From positions 32,001 to 96,000 of the IMG/VR virus record IMGVR_UViG_3300025636_000001: DNA of 64,000 nt; one strand, written 5' to 3'. This DNA is from a virus. Numbering within the stretch: the first letter of the stretch is position 1; the number at the start of each line of letters is the position of its first letter. The translations under genes and the position numbers were made by a program. The notes under the pieces were generated by a model, which was not told the DNA's origin, made no database searches, and saw only the letters and a list, made by a program, of their open reading frames with translations. Below, piece after piece: positions 57,699 through 64,000 of this stretch.

Positions 57699-58910
57699 TT
57701 ATTGATCAATAGAATCTTCTCTTTCAATTGGATTACCTGATGCATTTGCAGCAGCTACTAAAATATCCAATAAAGCTTCCACTTCACCTTGAGTTGTAGT
57801 ATCATCACACTTAACAAAGATTTCATATACATATTGATCATTATCAAATACGCTAGTTGCATTGTTTAAACGTGGTACACTGTGTTGTACATAGTATGTT
57901 TTATAAAGAGCAGAACGGTCTACTGCAGAAATTACTTCTTCAGAACCTTCAATCTCACGCATACGTACAGCATCTACATTACCTTGGTGATAAGGAGCTT
58001 GACCGTAAGACTCAGTTAAAAGAATATTTCTCAATACGCTTTCACCTGTTTTTTGTTGCATTGTACCTGGAGTAGTTACTACATCTCCACAGTCATTACA
58101 AGGATTTCCGCTTTCATCCATAATAGATCCTATTAATTGAATAGGTTCTTTTCCAAAGTAATCACGTGTGTCAAAAGAACAATCACCAAATTTAGTGTCA
58201 ACATAAGCACCTATAAAAGTTACAGTAGCTGATACTTCATCACTAATTGGATCAACAGAAGGAGTATAAGTTCCATCTAACACTTCTTCAATTGTATAAG
58301 TAGTTGTTACAGCAGAACCTGAAGCACTTGAAGTAACAGAAACACCACCACCTGCAGCTTCTTTAACAAAAGGTTCAATGATTGGATCAGCCAATAACAT
58401 TTTAGCTGCTTCAGCAATAGCTAATGCAGGATCAATAAATTCTTGACCATCTTCACAACAAACACCAGCAGAATCACCGATAGCATAAGCATTATGATTT
58501 AAAAAACGTAAAGCAGGAGCACCTTTAACATCCAATCTCATCATAAGAGATGATCCACATGGTGCACATTTAGGTCCTACAGAAATAGCAACAGTTGCAG
58601 AAGTAGCATCAACACAGCTAGATTCCCACACTCTTGTTAAGTATTTAGGATTAATTCCTTTAGATTTTACAGATTCAGCGTAACCACCGTGAAATTTATT
58701 CCCACCAATAGTATCACTATTGTGTAAAGAACCTTGTACAAGGTACGCTAATCCTGGTTTTGGGAAAGCACCAGTTGCATGAGCAGTCCAGTCTTTTCCA
58801 TCAACTAATGCTAATTGACCAGCAGCCAACGCAGAAGTTTTTGTTCCATTAGCAGCAGAAGCATCTGTTGCTAAAAAGCTTTTATAAAAAGCATGATTAA
58901 AATAAGCCAT
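57699..58910 (-). CDS. Structural protein, auxiliary capsid candidate
   Basis: 403 aa with its own promoter motif and terminator, suggesting a separately expressed unit; position downstream of the major capsid gene. Confidence 0.6.
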   Translation of the reverse strand: MAYFNHAFYKSFLATDASAANGTKTSALAAGQLALVDGKDWTAHATGAFPKPGLAYLVQGSLHNSDTIGGNKFHGGYAESVKSKGINPKYLTRVWESSCVDATSATVAISVGPKCAPCGSSLMMRLDVKGAPALRFLNHNAYAIGDSAGVCCEDGQEFIDPALAIAEAAKMLLADPIIEPFVKEAAGGGVSVTSSASGSAVTTTYTIEEVLDGTYTPSVDPISDEVSATVTFIGAYVDTKFGDCSFDTRDYFGKEPIQLIGSIMDESGNPCNDCGDVVTTPGTMQQKTGESVLRNILLTESYGQAPYHQGNVDAVRMREIEGSEEVISAVDRSALYKTYYVQHSVPRLNNATSVFDNDQYVYEIFVKCDDTTTQGEVEALLDILVAAANASGNPIEREDSIDQ

Positions 58911-58959
58911 TTTTTCAAAAATTTAAATTTAACAAATATATAATTGTGCGTCATTGCAC

Positions 58960-58974
58960 ATATATAATATACAA
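58960..58974 (-). promoter_or_regulatory. Putative phage promoter motif TTGTATATTATATAT
   Basis: Recurrent motif, immediately followed by hairpin TGTGC-AATGAC-GCACA (58945-58960). Confidence 0.6.
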
Positions 58975-58994
58975 TATTTCTTTTAATTTACCAA

Positions 58995-59471
58995 TTAACT
59001 AAGAAATAATAATTTATACTTAGCAGAATTAATTTCATCTTTGATAAGATCTAAATTATTAACCACTTCTGAATGAGGTATCACATTTTGAGCCTCAGCT
59101 ACTTTGGAGGATAACATTCTTAAATATTCTACAGCACCTTCTACACTTGTTAAAGTAACAGGAGCCTTATCTGGATAGTTGAGTATTACCTCACAAGCAC
59201 CTTGATAACCTTCTGCTACTGTATCAATAAGATCTGGTAATGCATCATATATTTCATTTAATGCTTTATGTTGTGCATAAGAACCCTCACCTGTTACTTG
59301 TAAATGTAGTTTATGAAAACTAGTTCTAGCATTCATAACTTCAACAACTAAATCTGCAGTTAAAGCATCAATTTGTTTCATCTCTGAAGATCTTTCCATT
59401 GTAGCTTTTTTTACAGAAGGTCTTTTTAATCCTTCAGATCCTTTTGCTTTTAAAGGTCTTTTATATTCCAT
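58995..59471 (-). CDS. Dps/ferritin-like protein
   Basis: HKLHLQVTG..YAQHKALNEIYD..IDTVAE matches the Dps-type H..H/D..E four-helix pattern. Confidence 0.75.
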   Translation of the reverse strand: MEYKRPLKAKGSEGLKRPSVKKATMERSSEMKQIDALTADLVVEVMNARTSFHKLHLQVTGEGSYAQHKALNEIYDALPDLIDTVAEGYQGACEVILNYPDKAPVTLTSVEGAVEYLRMLSSKVAEAQNVIPHSEVVNNLDLIKDEINSAKYKLLFLS

Positions 59472-59473
59472 AA

Positions 59474-60175
59474 TTAATTATTTCTTTCAGCATCTTGCTG
59501 ATTAGTTTGATATTGATTAAAATTTTCAATGTCACCTGCAATTACAGCTGCTGTTTCATCTAATAAAATTTCCACTATATCATTTTTAAATTCACATGAA
59601 ACATCAGCAGTTGTAGTACTTCCATCATAAGGATTTTGACAACCGGCTATTTCAATAAGTACAGGTTGTCTATAGTATGTTAAATTAACATCTGTAATAT
59701 TAAAATCTCTTTTGTATATTCTAATATCATTTCCAATCCAAGTACAATATGTTTCACCCCAATCATAATCAGGCCTCTTTAAAGGATCTCTCATAAGTAG
59801 ATCTACATTGGCTTCCTCAGCTAAATAAACTGTCATTGATCTAGGTTGAGGACAACATTCACTGGTAGCAAATGCTGATATTCTTTTGAATTCCATATAG
59901 TCACCTGGTATAGCTGTTGATTCAAAATAATTATTTGTGGAAAAACCAGGTAACTTGGCTTCTTCTAATAAATTTTGTAAATCATCAATTCTTCTTTTAG
60001 ACATTTCATCTCCCTCACGGAACATGTTATTTCCATGTAATTGACGTCTAACCCATTCTATTTGAGCTTTATTAAAAGCTTCAACTATTTGCCAGCATTC
60101 TATATTATCATAGTCATTACTGGCAAGTTTGTTAAGCCTTTGTTTTAATTTAATTTGAAGAGTCTGATTATTCAT
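59474..60175 (-). CDS. Head-tail ring/adaptor protein
   Basis: LNKLASN..FNKAQ..RRIDDLQNL..YYRQP..EILLDET pattern of crAss ring proteins. Confidence 0.6.
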   Translation of the reverse strand: MNNQTLQIKLKQRLNKLASNDYDNIECWQIVEAFNKAQIEWVRRQLHGNNMFREGDEMSKRRIDDLQNLLEEAKLPGFSTNNYFESTAIPGDYMEFKRISAFATSECCPQPRSMTVYLAEEANVDLLMRDPLKRPDYDWGETYCTWIGNDIRIYKRDFNITDVNLTYYRQPVLIEIAGCQNPYDGSTTTADVSCEFKNDIVEILLDETAAVIAGDIENFNQYQTNQQDAERNN

Positions 60176-60185
60176 TATTTATTGT

Positions 60186-61202
60186 TTATGAGTTCCAATA
60201 TGGTTCAACCTTGGACAATAAACTTAATAATGTATCTTCATTTCCTGGATTTTTTAGATATTCAATTACTTCACTAGATCTTTTACCTAGTTTTTCTGAA
60301 CTATCTATTGTTTCAATCCAACCTGAAGATTTAGGTACTAAAAATCTATAATACAAAGAATCTTTAACTAAAGCTCTTACTTTAAGATTTTCCATAGAAT
60401 CTTTAGCAGCATCTAAGAAAGATTGAGCTGCTCTTTTTTTGTTAGATTCTGTACCTTCACCATTTATATACATGTCCATATTTTCATACATAATGTCATT
60501 AGGTGTTGACTTAGTGTATTGTACACTTTCCACATCAACACTTTTAGCAACATACATTAGCTTAGTAACATCTGTATCATACAATTTTTGTAATTCAGAT
60601 AAAGCTCTATTTCTAAGTTTAGTATATTGTGTTCTTTCACTTATGGTTTCTTCTAATTGATCTAGATAAAATTTAGGTGCATTAACTGCTTTTTTTGCTT
60701 CTTTTAATGTTCTAGCCACCATAGCAAAACCTCCAGCATTAATAGCATAAATTTTAATTAAATCATAAGCATCTTTTTGTGGATCTAAAAAAACAGGATC
60801 ATTACCACATCTTAAAGATATTTTAGACCAAAAAGCATCATTATCTGGTTTAAGTAATGTTACTTTATTCCAAAAATCTTTATCTTCTACATCTATAACA
60901 TTAGCAGCTAATTCTGCTTCTAATTGTGCTACAGTATTTCTTATTTCTTTAATCTTAATTTCTTTTTCTCCGGGAGACAATTTTTTTACTTCAGGAGCAA
61001 ACTCATTTAATCCTGTAAGATATCTTTTAACTCCATTCATCTCTAAACATGCTAGAGACTCTTCATGCCAAACACCTTCATGCAAAGCCATCCCATAATT
61101 TTGTAATCCCATATTATCTTTATTAGGATTAAAAAATGGTCTTATTGCAATAGCAGTGTTTTTATTTTGTTGGTACTTTTCTACAATAGTGTAATCACTC
61201 AT
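60186..61202 (-). CDS. Conserved crAss-like capsid-module protein
   Basis: 338-aa ORF just downstream of the major capsid gene, matching crAss-like synteny; function unknown. Confidence 0.6.
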   Translation of the reverse strand: MSDYTIVEKYQQNKNTAIAIRPFFNPNKDNMGLQNYGMALHEGVWHEESLACLEMNGVKRYLTGLNEFAPEVKKLSPGEKEIKIKEIRNTVAQLEAELAANVIDVEDKDFWNKVTLLKPDNDAFWSKISLRCGNDPVFLDPQKDAYDLIKIYAINAGGFAMVARTLKEAKKAVNAPKFYLDQLEETISERTQYTKLRNRALSELQKLYDTDVTKLMYVAKSVDVESVQYTKSTPNDIMYENMDMYINGEGTESNKKRAAQSFLDAAKDSMENLKVRALVKDSLYYRFLVPKSSGWIETIDSSEKLGKRSSEVIEYLKNPGNEDTLLSLLSKVEPYWNS

Positions 61203-61326
61203 TTAATTTGGTTTTAAAAATTAATAATTATTTGTTTTAAACTCAAAGGTACATAATTATGTACAATTTATTATTAATATTTCTAAAGTCAGGTTATACC
61301 TGACTAAAGTTCTTTGAATTTACAAA

Positions 61327-61506
61327 CTATGCAGGATTTTCAAGACCTGCAACTGTTGCTTTTAAAGCTGCAATTTCAACTTCTAATTCATTTATTTTTT
61401 CAACAAGTACATTATTATGAGCAAATGTTGAAAAACCATGCTCTGATCTTTCGCTTTTTTTAAGCACTGGATCATTTACTATTTGTTTTTGTTTTGTTAA
61501 TGCCAT
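61327..61506 (-). CDS. 59-aa protein with C-terminal coiled coil, missing from the ORF track
   Basis: MALTKQKQIVNDPVLKKSERSEHGFSTFAHNNVLVEKINELEVEIAALKATVAGLENPA*; A-rich leader; fills the gap after the capsid gene. Confidence 0.7.
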   Translation of the reverse strand: MALTKQKQIVNDPVLKKSERSEHGFSTFAHNNVLVEKINELEVEIAALKATVAGLENPA

Positions 61507-61531
61507 TGTTTTAGTATTAAAAGGTTAAAAT

Positions 61532-61562
61532 AAAAAGGGAGGAGGTATTAACCCCTCCCTTT
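61532..61562 (-). terminator. Intrinsic terminator after the major capsid gene
   Basis: AAAGGGAGG/CCTCCCTTT inverted repeat with a T-run. Confidence 0.8.
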
Positions 61563-61574
61563 ATATTACAATTC

Positions 61575-63191
61575 TTAGAATGATCCTCCAGTTACTGGGT
61601 TTCTCATTACAATTTTTAATACTTTGGTTGGATCCTTCACCCAAATAGCTGGCATAGTTTGAGTCATATAAACTCTATAACCATTAAAGTTACCGCTAGA
61701 TGCAAAACCTTGAGTTCTTCCCATGTAGTCCATAGTACCATTTTGGTAGAACCACTTAAGTTGATTATCCCAAGATAATTTCAATAAGTGAATGTTATCA
61801 TTTCCATTTTCACTTACATCAAAGATGATAAAGCTATAAGAGCTTAAAGGACGTCCATCAATTAATGGATTCTCAACATCATTAGTATGTAAGTTGTCAA
61901 ATGCAGGATTCAATACAAATTTAACATTTGCAAGGAAAGGAATAGTAAAGCTTGTATAAGCAAAACCAAAATCTAAATCCATACCAGAACCTTTAACTGC
62001 ACCAATTTCAGAAGCATTTTGAACTAATCCAGAACCATATACTTCATCAGCAATAGCTTTGTTGATTAATTGCATACCACCAATACCAGTTTGTACAACT
62101 AATTGTCTTTGTGGGTCCGGTCCTTTAAATTCAACTTTACCTTGGTAGAAGTTGTATAATTCAGACTTGAACATGTCTAAAGTGAAAGAAGACTTGTTGT
62201 ATACTCTCTTGAAAGAGTTATCCAACTGAGACCATAAACCTACAGATAATCTGATATCATCTGGTCCATCTTGTTTTACTTTTCCACCTTTACCCCACAT
62301 TAAGTAAGTTTCAATGTCATTTGCAATTTTGCTTAAGTGAGCAGCTTCCATATTAGTAACAAACGTTCTTGATAAACGTCCATCTTCCATTGCTTCACGT
62401 GCACCGGCTTTACCCATTGATGCTACTAATTGCTCAATAGAAGATACAGAAGGATTTCCACTTTCATCAAAGTTTCTCCAGATTTCTGTTACAGGTACAG
62501 TACCGTCAGCATTTAAACCACCTTTGATCATAAGATCAGCACGGCTAGAAATAGAGTAATGTACATGTGCTTCAGCTCCACCAACAAAGTTGTAAAACTC
62601 ACGGAATCCAGATCCAGTTTCAATGTCTGAGAATCTTTCACCATACTCACCACGCGCAGAACCTTTTCTAAAGAATTTAGTTCCTGGTGCTAAATAAGCG
62701 TTATCTAATGATACTGCACTATTATTATTTACAAGTTGTACAGTGTAGATAAATCCATCACCTGCAGGGATAATATCATCTGCTGTAATGTATAATTCTA
62801 AACCATTATACTTGTCATAAGTAATAATGTCACCATGTCCAAAAGCTCTTTTAGACACTTTAATTTTAAAAGTAGTACCGTCAATACCTTTTTCATCATT
62901 TGCAGGCTCAATGTCTGCAACTACAAAAGGTAGGTCTTGTGCAATTGGCGTTTGCCATTTGTACTCACCACGAGCGTTATCTACTAAGATTGTGTTCTTT
63001 CCACCAAAAGAAGCCATTTGATACAAAGGCATTTCTACCTTCTGGGTCATAGCCCAAAGATCAACTGGTCCCATATCCATAGGCTCAGAAGATCCAAGCA
63101 TTTGGGTAAGGTGATAAGAATCAACGTGAGAACTTGCTTTATAAGCAGTATCTCTAAGGAAAATTCCATTGTTTAATACAGGAGTTGCCAT
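61575..63191 (-). CDS. Major capsid protein (crAss-like)
   Basis: 538 aa; EYKW, GEYGER, LMWGK..GLWSQL, NPAFD, IWVKDPT patterns; own terminator; synteny. Confidence 0.8.
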   Translation of the reverse strand: MATPVLNNGIFLRDTAYKASSHVDSYHLTQMLGSSEPMDMGPVDLWAMTQKVEMPLYQMASFGGKNTILVDNARGEYKWQTPIAQDLPFVVADIEPANDEKGIDGTTFKIKVSKRAFGHGDIITYDKYNGLELYITADDIIPAGDGFIYTVQLVNNNSAVSLDNAYLAPGTKFFRKGSARGEYGERFSDIETGSGFREFYNFVGGAEAHVHYSISSRADLMIKGGLNADGTVPVTEIWRNFDESGNPSVSSIEQLVASMGKAGAREAMEDGRLSRTFVTNMEAAHLSKIANDIETYLMWGKGGKVKQDGPDDIRLSVGLWSQLDNSFKRVYNKSSFTLDMFKSELYNFYQGKVEFKGPDPQRQLVVQTGIGGMQLINKAIADEVYGSGLVQNASEIGAVKGSGMDLDFGFAYTSFTIPFLANVKFVLNPAFDNLHTNDVENPLIDGRPLSSYSFIIFDVSENGNDNIHLLKLSWDNQLKWFYQNGTMDYMGRTQGFASSGNFNGYRVYMTQTMPAIWVKDPTKVLKIVMRNPVTGGSF

Positions 63192-63243
63192 AATTGTTAA
63201 TTGTTATTTAGTTAATTATTATTGTTTATTGTTGTTTTACTTA

Positions 63244-63999
63244 TTAAAACCTTTTAAATATGTTATTGCTTCTTGGTATCTTTCTTTTTGTAGAACGTGA
63301 TTTTGTTTCTTCTTCACGTTGATCTACTCCAAGAGAGGAACCTCCAGCATTAGCTTGCTCAGTCTTTAGCTTTCTTACTGTTTTTTCAACACTACTTTGT
63401 GCTCCTTTATCCATGATCTTGGACTTATATCCATCAGGATCAGATAACAACCATAGTGCTTCAGAAATTAAAGTATAGTTTGGTTCTACAAACTGATACT
63501 TCTCAAGCAAATGACCTAACAAGTTTGTGTTCTTTCCACTAACAGAAGGGTAATTAGGTTGAACTAATCCGTTATATAGCATAGACTGTGTCTTTCTATC
63601 AACTTTTAAATCACCCAGTGATCCTTCTTTTAATGTGTTATACACATTCTCCATATACTGTTGAGATGCTTTTTGCTGTTGTGCTTTACGCATCTCTTGT
63701 TCTTCTAGCTTTTTAGCTAAAACTTTTTCTTGCATCTTGTCCAACTTAGGTTTAAATTTCATAGCCTGTTGTTCAAGCTTTCCTAAATCTTTCCAGATCT
63801 CAATCTCTTCAGCAATCTCTTCAGCATTACCGTAGCCTGTTGCTTGCAAGTAGTCACTGATTATAATTTCTTGGTCTTTTTCTTTGGTAACATCTAAGCT
63901 TTTTTTTGTCTCAGCTTCTGCTAACGTAGAAAACAAACCTTTTAAATCTTGACCACCATCAGCTACATAACGTGCAGCAATTTGGAGTTCTTGTGGTAA
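63244..63999 (-). CDS. Partial scaffold-like protein upstream of the major capsid gene (5' end outside the window)
   Basis: The frame stays open past the TTG at 63936 to the edge (LPQELQIAARYVADGGQDLKG-LFSTL..); charged coiled coil. Confidence 0.7.
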   Translation of the reverse strand, partial: LPQELQIAARYVADGGQDLKGLFSTLAEAETKKSLDVTKEKDQEIIISDYLQATGYGNAEEIAEEIEIWKDLGKLEQQAMKFKPKLDKMQEKVLAKKLEEQEMRKAQQQKASQQYMENVYNTLKEGSLGDLKVDRKTQSMLYNGLVQPNYPSVSGKNTNLLGHLLEKYQFVEPNYTLISEALWLLSDPDGYKSKIMDKGAQSSVEKTVRKLKTEQANAGGSSLGVDQREEETKSRSTKRKIPRSNNIFKRF

Positions 64000-64000
64000 A

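Noticed and set aside
858-63021. Short ORFs antisense to or nested in long genes (e.g. 858-1073, 3570-3794, 16583-16765, 20443-20787, 22288-22854, 41581-41898, 55325-55630, 62827-63021)
   Set aside because: They overlap well-supported genes, show the S/F/L/I-rich composition of shadow frames and carry no recognisable motifs.
63934-63936. TTG start at 63936 for the last ORF
   Set aside because: The frame is open to the window edge, so the true start lies outside the window.
1-64000. Stop-codon reassignment as seen in some crAss-like phages
   Set aside because: Genes up to 14 kb are intact in the standard code, and TAG (34279, 50787, 61327) and TGA (4869, 5300) end genes at sensible boundaries.
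1-64000. CRISPR arrays, tRNAs, integrase/transposase, DGR reverse transcriptase
   Set aside because: Intergenic gaps are short and no repeat-spacer array, cloverleaf or corresponding protein motif was seen by eye; tRNAscan and repeat finders were not run.

Overview
AT-rich segment of a crAss-like (Crassvirales-type) Bacteroidota phage genome in the standard genetic code; the host is probably a flavobacterium. A + strand block (301-6453) carries ribonucleotide reductase genes nrdB/nrdA with class Id-like signatures. It is followed by a translationally coupled five-gene operon: DUF2892-like membrane peptide, PAS histidine kinase, stand-alone receiver, coiled-coil/2-TM protein and spanin-like protein. 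The - strand block (6485-64000) is the virion module: scaffold-like gene, major capsid, ring/auxiliary proteins, a Dps-like protein, tail fibres, vWA/FN3 proteins, a metallophosphoesterase, an IHF-like protein, tail tube and muzzle. It ends in the cargo cluster, which includes a 1546-aa multi-enzyme protein, a 4701-aa virion RNA polymerase (DFDID motif plus zincin) and a 1920-aa PD-(D/E)xK protein. The strongest novelty candidate is the phage two-component operon, which is joined to lysis-like membrane genes and sits behind the same TTGTATATTA motif found upstream of several structural genes. Also notable are the recurrent xxxGG/LPKAQ/VAQDNT peptide motifs punctuating the cargo proteins. All family calls are from motif recognition by eye; no database searches were run.
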